Made by a program: the position numbers and the translations under genes. Positions 28,415 through 36,044 of a stretch of DNA of 36,399 nucleotides are shown in pieces. Positions within the stretch are counted from its first letter, which is position 1; every line of letters begins with the position of its first letter. The DNA is from Candidatus Omnitrophota bacterium (lineage in GTDB: Bacteria; Omnitrophota; Gorgyraeia; 2-01-FULL-45-10): assembly GCA_026387115.1 (NCBI GenBank), contig JAPLMI010000128.1, positions 1-36,399 of the forward strand. Reading direction: 5' to 3'. The notes below the pieces were generated by a model. The model searched no databases and had not been told where the DNA came from. It saw only the letters and a program-made list of their open reading frames with translations.

Positions 28415-28449
28415 CCTTTTAAACCCGGTCCTTGAGAGGCCGGAAAAGG
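28415..28449 (+). promoter_or_regulatory. PyrR-binding (anti-antiterminator) stem-loop of the pyr leader
   Basis: The sequence is CCUUUU-AAAC-CCGGUC-CUUGAGA-GGCCGG-AAAAGG. It forms a lower stem CCUUUU/AAAAGG, a 5'-side bulge, an upper stem and a loop carrying the conserved ..UCC..GAGAGG.. PyrR box (B. subtilis consensus ARUCCAGAGAGGYU). Confidence 0.75.
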
Positions 28450-28471
28450 AGAGATGGTATGAGAATAATGG

Positions 28472-28509
28472 CCCGTTTATCTGAATATTCCAGATATGCG
28501 GGTTTTTTT
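28472..28509 (+). terminator. Leader attenuator (intrinsic terminator) upstream of pyrR
   Basis: The hairpin CCCG-ttt-ATCTG-aatattc-CAGAT-atg-CGGG is followed by a T7 run and lies 22 nt before the pyrR start. The pyrR RBS (GAGGTG) follows it. Confidence 0.7.
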
Positions 28510-28521
28510 GTGCCTGCCTGA

Positions 28522-29076
<555 letters not shown>

Positions 29077-29077
29077 T

Positions 29078-30022
29078 ATGGATAAGAAGACAGCCTGGAC
29101 TAAAAAAGACCTCCTGGGATTAGAGTACCTTTCGCGCGAGGAGATAGAGCTTATACTCTATACGGCCGCAAGCTTCAAAGAGGTCACTACCCGCCAGATC
29201 AAAAAGGTCCCCACCCTGCGCGGCAAGACGGTGGTGAACCTGTTCTATGAACCGTCGACGAGGACCCGCACATCGTTTGAGCTCGCCGCAAAAAGGCTTT
29301 CGGCGGACGTCATAAATATCGAAATAGAGACTTCAAGTGTTAAAAAAGGAGAGACGCTGATAGACACCGGCCGGAACATCGAAGCCCTCAAGATAGATAT
29401 AATCGTGGTGCGCCACAACTGTTCGGGCGCGCCGAACATCCTTTCGCGCGCCGTAAAGGCAAGGGTCATAAACGCCGGCGATGGTTGGCACGAACACCCG
29501 ACCCAGGCGCTCCTCGACATGTTTACGCTTAAGTCGAAACTCGGGCGGATAGAGGGCCTGAATGTGAGCATAATCGGCGATATCGCCCATTCGCGCGTCG
29601 CGCGCTCCAACATCTGGGGGCTTACCAAACTCGGCGCCAAAGTGACCGTCTGCGCCCCGCCGGTGCTGATACCGGTGGGAATAGAGAATATGGGTGTTAG
29701 GGTTACCAGCGATATCGACGAGGCGCTTGGGGATGCCGACGCGATAAACGTCCTCAGGATGCAGTTTGAGCGGGACGGCCTTACGGCCTTTCCGTCGAAA
29801 CTGGAATATTTCAAACAATACGGCATAACCAACGACAGGCTTAAAAAATGTAAAAAAGATATCGTTGTCATGCACCCGGGCCCTATCAACAGAGGCATAG
29901 AGATGTCCAGCGAAGTGGCCGACGGAAAAAATTCCGTAATATTGGAACAGGTCACGAACGGCATAGCTGTCAGGATGGCGGCGCTGTATCTGGTTGCTTA
30001 CGCGAAAGAGGCGGCAAAGTGA
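29078..30022 (+). CDS. pyrB: Aspartate carbamoyltransferase catalytic subunit
   Basis: Motifs present: [23 protein letters not shown] and MHPGPINRG. Confidence 0.95.
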   Translation: MDKKTAWTKKDLLGLEYLSREEIELILYTAASFKEVTTRQIKKVPTLRGKTVVNLFYEPSTRTRTSFELAAKRLSADVINIEIETSSVKKGETLIDTGRNIEALKIDIIVVRHNCSGAPNILSRAVKARVINAGDGWHEHPTQALLDMFTLKSKLGRIEGLNVSIIGDIAHSRVARSNIWGLTKLGAKVTVCAPPVLIPVGIENMGVRVTSDIDEALGDADAINVLRMQFERDGLTAFPSKLEYFKQYGITNDRLKKCKKDIVVMHPGPINRGIEMSSEVADGKNSVILEQVTNGIAVRMAALYLVAYAKEAAK

Positions 30023-30086
30023 AACCTCGCATATACCCGACTTTACACTTAGAGAGGTTCCATGTGCAATGGTATCGAGGTGGCAC

Positions 30087-31358
30087 ATGAAATATCTCAT
30101 AAAAGGCGGGCATGTCATAGATCCGGCCAATAAAATCGACGGCATCTTCGATATTTTGATCTGTGACGGTAAGATAGAAAAGATCGGCAAGGATCTCGGC
30201 ATAAAAAGGGACGAGGTGATCGACGCTAAGGGTAAGATCGTCGCGCCCGGATTTGTCGACATGCATGTCCACTTAAGAGAGCCGGGTAGAGAAGATGAGG
30301 AGACGGTATATAGCGGGACGCGCGCCGCCATAAAGGGCGGGTTCACGACGGTCGCCTGCATGCCCAACACCGAACCGCCTACTGATAACCCGGCCGCGGC
30401 CAACACCTTAAGGGCTATAATAAAAAAAGACGCTGCCTGTAACGTCGTAATCGTCGGTACGATAACGGAATTAAGGCAAGGCCTGAAGCTAACCGAGTTC
30501 CTTCGCATGAAGGAGGCCGGCGTCACGGCCTTCTCCGACGATGGGTCATCGGTGGACGACTGGGCGCTCCTGGCAGGCGCTCTCTCCGAAGCCGCGGCTC
30601 AAGGGCTTGTCATGATAGAACATTGTGAAGATAAGAAACTCTCCGCCGGTGGAGTTATGAATGCCGGCTTCATGGCGACAAAGATGGGATTAAAAGGCAT
30701 TTCGGGCGCATCAGAATACGAAAGGGTGCAAAGGAACATAGACTTGGCCCGTAAGAAACTTTCCGGCATACACATAGCCCATGTAAGCTGTAAAGAATCG
30801 GTTGATTTGATACGTAAGGCGAAGCGCGACGGCGTAAAAGTGACGGCGGAGACCGCGCCCCACTACTTCGCGCTAACCGAGGATTGCTGCGCGGCGTACG
30901 ATACTAACACAAAAATGAACCCGCCGCTACGTTCAAAAGAGGATGTCGAAGCGGTAAAAAAGGGCCTTGCCGACGGGACGATCGACACGATAGCGACAGA
31001 CCACGCCCCTCACACCGACGCCGAAAAGGACGTGGAATTTGACTCTGCGCCGTTCGGAATAATAGGCCTCGAGACGGCTTTAAGCCTTGCTGTAACGGAG
31101 CTGGTCGATAAAAAAGTCTTATCCTGGAGCGAGCTCATAATGAAGATGTCGGCAAATCCGGCGAGGATATTGAGGATAGAAAAAGGCGCTTTATCAGCTG
31201 GAAGCTCCGCCGATATCGTTATAATCGATCCGGACAAAGAGTATATTTATAAAAAGGATTCTATCGGATCCAAATCTAAAAATTCGCCATTCATAGACTG
31301 GAAACTGAAGGCAAAGGTTACGCATGTATTTATGGGTGGAAAACCATGCCTTTTATAG
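30087..31358 (+). CDS. pyrC: Dihydroorotase
   Basis: The N-terminus MKYLIKGGHVIDP sits behind a GAGGTGG RBS. The metal motif is FVDMHVHLREPG, and ATDHAPH is present. An alternative start at ATG 30069 is possible. The ORF-track extension to 29994 overlaps pyrB. Confidence 0.9.
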   Translation: MKYLIKGGHVIDPANKIDGIFDILICDGKIEKIGKDLGIKRDEVIDAKGKIVAPGFVDMHVHLREPGREDEETVYSGTRAAIKGGFTTVACMPNTEPPTDNPAAANTLRAIIKKDAACNVVIVGTITELRQGLKLTEFLRMKEAGVTAFSDDGSSVDDWALLAGALSEAAAQGLVMIEHCEDKKLSAGGVMNAGFMATKMGLKGISGASEYERVQRNIDLARKKLSGIHIAHVSCKESVDLIRKAKRDGVKVTAETAPHYFALTEDCCAAYDTNTKMNPPLRSKEDVEAVKKGLADGTIDTIATDHAPHTDAEKDVEFDSAPFGIIGLETALSLAVTELVDKKVLSWSELIMKMSANPARILRIEKGALSAGSSADIVIIDPDKEYIYKKDSIGSKSKNSPFIDWKLKAKVTHVFMGGKPCLL

Positions 31359-32578
31359 CCGATTTCCACATTCACTCGAAATACTCGCGCGCGACATCCA
31401 GGGATATGGATTTGGGAAATCTTACCAAATGGGCGAAGATAAAGGGCATTTCGATGATGGGCACCGGCGACTTCACCCACCCTGTCTGGCTTTCGGAGTT
31501 AAAGAGTAAATTACAAGAGGTTGAACGCGGCCTATACGTTTATAACGGAATATATTTCATACTTACGGCCGAAGTTTCGAATATATACTTCAAGGCCGGC
31601 AGGACGAGAAAAGTCCACAACATCATATTTGCGCCGGACCTGAAAACCGTCGACGAAATAAATTCCGCTTTCTCGGAGTACGGCGACCTGTCCAGCGACG
31701 GACGGCCGATCCTGAGGCTCGAATGCGATAAGATGGTCCGGGATATTTACAGGATAGACCCGGACATATTTTTCGTCCCCGGCCACGCCTGGACGCCGCA
31801 TTTCAGCATATTCGGGTCGAACTCGGGATTCGACGCCCCCGAAGAATGTTTCGAGGATGAGACACCGAAGATATTTTCGATCGAGACGGGATTATCAAGT
31901 GATCCAAAGATGAACTGGAGATGGTCAAAGGCGGACAGGTTCTGCCTCACGTCGAACTCAGATTCACATTCTCCGTCGAAGATCGGTCGGGAAGCGAATG
32001 TTTTTAAGGATAAGATCAATTATAAAGAGCTTATCGATATATTAAGGACGAAAGATAAGGCCAGATTCCTGTATACGATAGAATTTTTTCCGGAGGAAGG
32101 CAAGTACCACTGGGACGGCCACCGGGCCTGTTCAAGCGCGCTTTCGCCGAAGGAGGCGCTGGCGCTGAACAATACCTGCCCGGTTTGCGGCAAGAAAGTT
32201 ACGATAGGTGTCATGCACCGGGTGGAAGGCTTTGCCGACAGGCCGGAAGGCTATATTGATGAATCGAGCCCGTCTTTCAAAAGCGTTGTGCCGCTCGCGG
32301 AGATAATAGGCGGCGCGTTTAAGGTGAGCCCCGACTCGGTAAAAGTGGAGAAAGAGTATTTTCAGCTCATAAAGAATTTCGGGACTGAATTTAATATACT
32401 TATTTATATGGATGAAGCCGAATTAAAGGCGAACCTGCCGGAGAGGATCGCGAAAGGCATCATCAACGTCCGTAAAGGCGATGTCCGGATCTGCCCCGGA
32501 TACGACGGCGAATACGGAAAGGTGAAGGTTTTTAAGGAGGGTGAAGAAACCTCTGAAAAACAGCTAAGCTTCTTTTAG
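31346..32578 (+). CDS. endoQ: Endonuclease Q-like PHP-domain protein (TIGR00375 family)
   Basis: The motif order matches my recollection of Pyrococcus EndoQ. The motifs are DFHIHSKYSRATS (PHP HxH), GTGDFTHP, DGRP, PGHAWTPHF, ETGLSSDP, SNSDSHSPSKIGREANVF and GKYHWDGHRAC. These are followed by the Zn-finger CPVCGKKVTIGVMHRV, then PLAEII and PGYDGEYGKVKVF. The start overlaps pyrC by 13 nt and has a GGGTGGA RBS. Confidence 0.7.
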   Translation: MPFIADFHIHSKYSRATSRDMDLGNLTKWAKIKGISMMGTGDFTHPVWLSELKSKLQEVERGLYVYNGIYFILTAEVSNIYFKAGRTRKVHNIIFAPDLKTVDEINSAFSEYGDLSSDGRPILRLECDKMVRDIYRIDPDIFFVPGHAWTPHFSIFGSNSGFDAPEECFEDETPKIFSIETGLSSDPKMNWRWSKADRFCLTSNSDSHSPSKIGREANVFKDKINYKELIDILRTKDKARFLYTIEFFPEEGKYHWDGHRACSSALSPKEALALNNTCPVCGKKVTIGVMHRVEGFADRPEGYIDESSPSFKSVVPLAEIIGGAFKVSPDSVKVEKEYFQLIKNFGTEFNILIYMDEAELKANLPERIAKGIINVRKGDVRICPGYDGEYGKVKVFKEGEETSEKQLSFF

Positions 32579-32588
32579 GGTGTAAGGT

Positions 32589-33365
32589 ATGAAGCGACTC
32601 CAATGCGGAATATCAGAGAATGAGAAAATAGCGCAAAGCTTTTATAAGATGCGCGTGGAATCACTTTATCTTGCGAGAAATTCAAAACCCGGCCAATTTA
32701 TCGAAGTCCAGTGCTCCGATGGTATTGAACCGCTCCTCCGCCGGCCGCTCGGCGTGCACAGAATATTGAAGAACGGAATCGATTTGTTGTACGAAGTCGT
32801 AGGGAAGGGCACCGCAATGCTTTCGGAAAAGAAGGCCGGTGAGGAGATCGATCTGATCGGGCCGCTGGGCAACGGATTCATGTTAAACGAAAAAACTATA
32901 CTAGTAGCAGGCGGTATCGGCATTGCACCATTGTTAGCATTAGCTGAACAATTAGCGTATAGTAAAAAACAAAAAATTCATGTTTTCATAGGAGCAAAAA
33001 CTAAAGAACATATAATATGTGCAGAAGATTTTAAAAAAATAGGATGCGATGTGAGCGTGTCAACTGAGGATGGTTCGAGAGGTTATAAAGGGTTAGTTAC
33101 AAATTTGCTGAACAAATTATTTGACGATGAAACGATAAAACCATCTAACGATACAACGATATATGCCTGCGGCCCCGTCGGAATGTTGAAGACGGTAGCT
33201 CGAATTGCCAAGACTAATCAAATCCCATGCCAGGTCTCGCTCGAAGAGCGTATGGCTTGCGGCGTCGGTGTTTGCTTAGGTTGTCCGGTCAAGGTTAAAG
33301 GCGGAGAATACAAAATGGTCTGCAAAGACGGCCCGGTCTTCAATGCGGAGGAGATAGCGTGGTAG
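32589..33365 (+). CDS. pyrK: Dihydroorotate dehydrogenase B electron-transfer (FAD/2Fe-2S) subunit
   Basis: It has an RPLGV FAD-type motif, the GGIGIAP NAD-domain motif and C-terminal cluster cysteines (CGVGVCLGCPV...VCKDGPVF). Confidence 0.85.
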   Translation: MKRLQCGISENEKIAQSFYKMRVESLYLARNSKPGQFIEVQCSDGIEPLLRRPLGVHRILKNGIDLLYEVVGKGTAMLSEKKAGEEIDLIGPLGNGFMLNEKTILVAGGIGIAPLLALAEQLAYSKKQKIHVFIGAKTKEHIICAEDFKKIGCDVSVSTEDGSRGYKGLVTNLLNKLFDDETIKPSNDTTIYACGPVGMLKTVARIAKTNQIPCQVSLEERMACGVGVCLGCPVKVKGGEYKMVCKDGPVFNAEEIAW

Positions 33366-34294
33366 ATCTATCGGTCAAAATAGGTAAGCTCAAACTCAAG
33401 AACCCGGTTATGGCCGCATCGGGGACTTTCGGGCCGGAATACGGCGAGCTTACAGATATAAATTCGCTCGGCGCGTATATCACAAAGACGATAACGCTGA
33501 AACCAAGACAGGGAAATCCGCCGCCTCGGATTGCGGAAACCGCATCCGGAATGTTAAATTCAATAGGTCTTGAGAATAATGGAGTGGAAGATTTTATAAA
33601 AGATAAACTGCCGAAATTGAGTAAAATCAAAATTCCGATAATAGTAAGCATCGCCGGCGAATATGACAACGAGCTAAAAGAATTGGCAAAACGATTAAAC
33701 AAAATAAAAAGAATAAACGCGCTTGAACTGAACCTTTCGTGCCCGAATATAAAAAGGGCGCCCCTCGGCTTCGCTCGGGGCAGGCAGGGCGCGCAGATGA
33801 TAGCGCAAGATAAAGACGCCACCTATGAAATCGTCAAAGCGGTTAGAAGATCAACGGCTTTAACGGTGATAGTGAAGTTATCTCCCAATGTAACAGATAT
33901 AACGGAGATAGCCAAAGCGGCCGAATCGGCAGGCGCGGATTCGGTATCGCTGGTCAATACATTCCTGGGAATAGCCGTAGATATCGAGACGAAAAGACCG
34001 AAACTCGGGAATGTCACCGGTGGCTTAAGCGGGCCGGCGATAAAACCGCTGGCGCTTAAATTTGTGCGGGATGCTTATAAGTGCGTTAAAATTCCTGTGA
34101 TAGGGATAGGCGGGATCATGGATTATAAAGACGCGATAGAATTTATGCTGTGCGGAGCGGCGGCCGTCCAGATAGGAACAGCCAACTTCGTGAATCCGGA
34201 TACGTCTATCGAGATAATAGGCGGTATTAGAAAATATCTCGCCATAAACAAAATAAAAGATGCACGCAGCTTAATCGGAAAGTTAGAAATATGA
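33359..34294 (+). CDS. pyrD: Dihydroorotate dehydrogenase B catalytic subunit
   Basis: The GTG start lies behind a GGAGGAG RBS. Motifs present: MAASGTFG, NSIGLEN, ELNLSCPN, GGLSGPAIKP, IGIGGI and GTANF. Confidence 0.9.
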   Translation: MVDLSVKIGKLKLKNPVMAASGTFGPEYGELTDINSLGAYITKTITLKPRQGNPPPRIAETASGMLNSIGLENNGVEDFIKDKLPKLSKIKIPIIVSIAGEYDNELKELAKRLNKIKRINALELNLSCPNIKRAPLGFARGRQGAQMIAQDKDATYEIVKAVRRSTALTVIVKLSPNVTDITEIAKAAESAGADSVSLVNTFLGIAVDIETKRPKLGNVTGGLSGPAIKPLALKFVRDAYKCVKIPVIGIGGIMDYKDAIEFMLCGAAAVQIGTANFVNPDTSIEIIGGIRKYLAINKIKDARSLIGKLEI

Positions 34295-34989
34295 AACCAG
34301 AAGATAGATTGATAGTAGCGCTCGACGTCGACACGGAAGAAAAAGCCGTTAAATTAGTGGAGACGCTGAAAAACGATGTCAAATTTTTCAAGGTAGGGCT
34401 GGAGCTTTTCAGTTCGTGCGGCCCGGCAATAGTTAAAAAGATAAAAGAAACGGGCTGCGAGGTATTTCTTGATTTAAAATTTCATGATATACCGAATACG
34501 GCGGCAAAGGCCTCACGCGTTGCGGCAAGATCGGGCGTGTATATGTTCAACGTTCATGCCCTCGGCGGATATGATATGATGAAAGCGGCGGTTGAGGCCT
34601 GTACGGATGAAGCGAAAAAACTGAAGATCGAAAAACCGAAGGTTTTGGCCGTAACAATATTAACCAGCATGGATGAAAAGGCCTTGAAGAAGACAGGCAT
34701 AGATGATAATATGGAAAACCAGGTTTTGAGGCTCGCGCGCCTGGCGAAAGAGGCAGGTATCGACGGTGTCATAGCCTCGCCCATGGAAGTGAAGATGATA
34801 AGGCAGGCGCTGGGAGCGGATTTCCTGATAGTTACTCCGGGCGTAAGGACTGCGTCGGCGGAAGTCGACGACCAGAAGAGAACCGCGACGCCGGAAGAGG
34901 CGGTTATATCAGGCGCCGATTTCATCGTGGTCGGCCGTCCGGTCACAGAGGCGAAAGATCCCGTTAAGGCCGTAAAAGGTATTCTGTAA
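34291..34989 (+). CDS. pyrF: Orotidine 5'-phosphate decarboxylase
   Basis: Motifs present: LIVALDV, FLDLKFHDIPNT and VVGRPV. The start shows an ATGA overlap with pyrD. Confidence 0.9.
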   Translation: MKPEDRLIVALDVDTEEKAVKLVETLKNDVKFFKVGLELFSSCGPAIVKKIKETGCEVFLDLKFHDIPNTAAKASRVAARSGVYMFNVHALGGYDMMKAAVEACTDEAKKLKIEKPKVLAVTILTSMDEKALKKTGIDDNMENQVLRLARLAKEAGIDGVIASPMEVKMIRQALGADFLIVTPGVRTASAEVDDQKRTATPEEAVISGADFIVVGRPVTEAKDPVKAVKGIL

Positions 34990-35000
34990 GAGATCAAAAT

Positions 35001-35579
35001 ATGACGGAGAAAAACGTATCAAAGATATTCGATAAATATAACGCGCTGCTGACAGGACATTTCAAGCTATCGAGCGGGCTGCACAGCGAAAAGTACCTAC
35101 AGTGCGCGCTCGTCCTTCAATATCCTGAAGCGGCGGAAGCGCTCGCGAAAGAGCTTGCGAAAAAATTTGCCAAAGAGAAGATAGATGTTGTAATAGGGCC
35201 CGCGCTCGGCGGAATAACGATAGCTTATGAGATAGCCAGGGCTCTGGGCGTAAGAGGGCTTTTTGCAGAAAGACAGGACGGCAAGATGGTTCTTCGCAGA
35301 GGATTTTCGATCAAGCCGGGCAAGCGCGTCCTGGTCGTAGAAGATGTTATCACTACCGGCGGATCCACGAAAGAGGTCGTGGAAGTCGTTAAAAATGCAG
35401 GCGGCATAGTGGTGGGCGTCGGATGTATCATAGACAGAAGCGCTTCCCCGATAGATTTCGGCGCGAGATTCGAATCACTGGCCAAGATAAAAATAGAGAC
35501 ATTCAAAGAGGGCGACTGCCCTCTATGCAAGCAGAATATTCCGGTAACCAAGCCTGGCTCACGACCGGGCAGGTCTTAA
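35001..35579 (+). CDS. pyrE: Orotate phosphoribosyltransferase
   Basis: It has the PRPP motif VLVVEDVITTGGS and the N-terminal segment GHFKLSSGLHS.KY. Confidence 0.9.
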   Translation: MTEKNVSKIFDKYNALLTGHFKLSSGLHSEKYLQCALVLQYPEAAEALAKELAKKFAKEKIDVVIGPALGGITIAYEIARALGVRGLFAERQDGKMVLRRGFSIKPGKRVLVVEDVITTGGSTKEVVEVVKNAGGIVVGVGCIIDRSASPIDFGARFESLAKIKIETFKEGDCPLCKQNIPVTKPGSRPGRS

Positions 35580-35654
35580 GGGCAGCTAGCTCAACGGTGG
35601 AGCAATCGGTTTACATCCGATAGGTTACAGGTTCGAGCCCTGTGCTGCCCACCA
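35580..35654 (+). tRNA. tRNA-Val (anticodon TAC), CCA encoded
   Basis: Hand-folded cloverleaf: acceptor GGGCAGC/GCTGCCC, D arm GCTC-AACGGTG-GAGC, anticodon arm ATCGG-TTTACAT-CCGAT and T arm ACAGG-TTCGAGC-CCTGT, ending in A-CCA. It starts at the nucleotide after the pyrE stop codon. Confidence 0.9.
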
Positions 35655-35738
35655 ATTTTGCCGAAGGCAAAATTGATCCTGAGAACGCGACGAATAGGAG
35701 CGTTCGAAGGACCTTTAGCATCTTCAGGACCTTTTTAG
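35654..35738 (+). repeat. Left structured inverted-repeat arm flanking the GIY-YIG gene
   Basis: It has a tRNA-abutting hairpin AATTTTGCC-GAA-GGCAAAATT (35654-35674). Next comes TCCT-GA-GAACGC-[gacgaatagga]-GCGTTC-GA-AGGA (35677-35711). It also carries GAAGGACCTTTAGC plus a second degenerate AGGACCTTTTTAG. It is an imperfect reverse complement of 36045-36148. Confidence 0.8.
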
Positions 35739-35759
35739 ACGCCGCTGAAGTATCTAAAT

Positions 35760-36005
35760 ATGGAAAAAGCATGGTTTGTTTATATCGTTAAATGCAGAGA
35801 CGGTAAATTATATACCGGCATCTCTAATGATGTAGATAAGAGGGTCAGCAAGCATAATAAGGGCAAAGGTTGCAGATTTACTAAATATAGATACCCTGTA
35901 CGACTGATTTACAGCGAAGAATGCGGAACAAAGTCTTCTGCCAGAAAAAGAGAATTAGAAATTCAAGGCTTTAAGCGCAGTAAGAAATTGGAGCTTATCA
36001 AGTAA
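35760..36005 (+). CDS. Small stand-alone GIY-YIG nuclease-family protein (UPF0213/YhbQ-like), 81 aa
   Basis: It has WFVYIVKCRDGKLYTGISNDVDKRVSKHN (the GIY..YIG-type core), a conserved Arg/Glu region (ARKRELEIQGFKRSKK) and a weak RBS. Confidence 0.8.
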   Translation: MEKAWFVYIVKCRDGKLYTGISNDVDKRVSKHNKGKGCRFTKYRYPVRLIYSEECGTKSSARKRELEIQGFKRSKKLELIK

Positions 36006-36007
36006 AG

Positions 36008-36036
36008 CTTGCTTTTTTAGCGGTTTTAATCTATAA
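36008..36036 (+). promoter_or_regulatory. Possible sigma70-type promoter reading into the right arm and tRNA-Asp
   Basis: TTGCTT (36008-36013), a 17-nt spacer and TATAAT (36031-36036), immediately after the GIY-YIG stop. Confidence 0.35.
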
Positions 36037-36044
36037 TTTTTGAC

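Noticed and set aside
28451-28480. Attempt to define the antiterminator helix of the pyr leader
   Set aside because: I could only find short AGAT/ATCT-type complementarity between the 3' side of the PyrR-binding stem and the 5' side of the terminator. That is not enough to annotate a specific alternative structure without folding software.
29994-30086. Upstream extension of the pyrC ORF overlapping the end of pyrB
   Set aside because: The dihydroorotase family N-terminus (MKYLIKGG.VIDP) starts at ATG 30087 behind a GAGGTGG RBS. The extension has a non-ATG start and no RBS.
29245-30526. Long minus-strand ORFs (239 aa at 29245-29964 and 397 aa at 29333-30526) antisense to pyrB/pyrC
   Set aside because: They lie opposite two genes with unambiguous catalytic motifs in a locally GC-rich stretch, where stop-free antisense frames arise by chance. 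The translations are S/P/R/A-rich and carry no recognisable motif or RBS.
33340-34997. Minus-strand ORFs antisense to pyrD and pyrF (33340-33822, 33823-34017, 34554-34997)
   Set aside because: The reasoning is the same: they are antisense shadows of strongly supported genes, with low-complexity translations.
36039-36044. TTGACA hexamer downstream of the GIY-YIG gene as a -35 element
   Set aside because: There is no acceptable -10 at 16-18 nt spacing. The TTGCTT-17-TATAAT pair just upstream (36008-36036) is the better promoter candidate.
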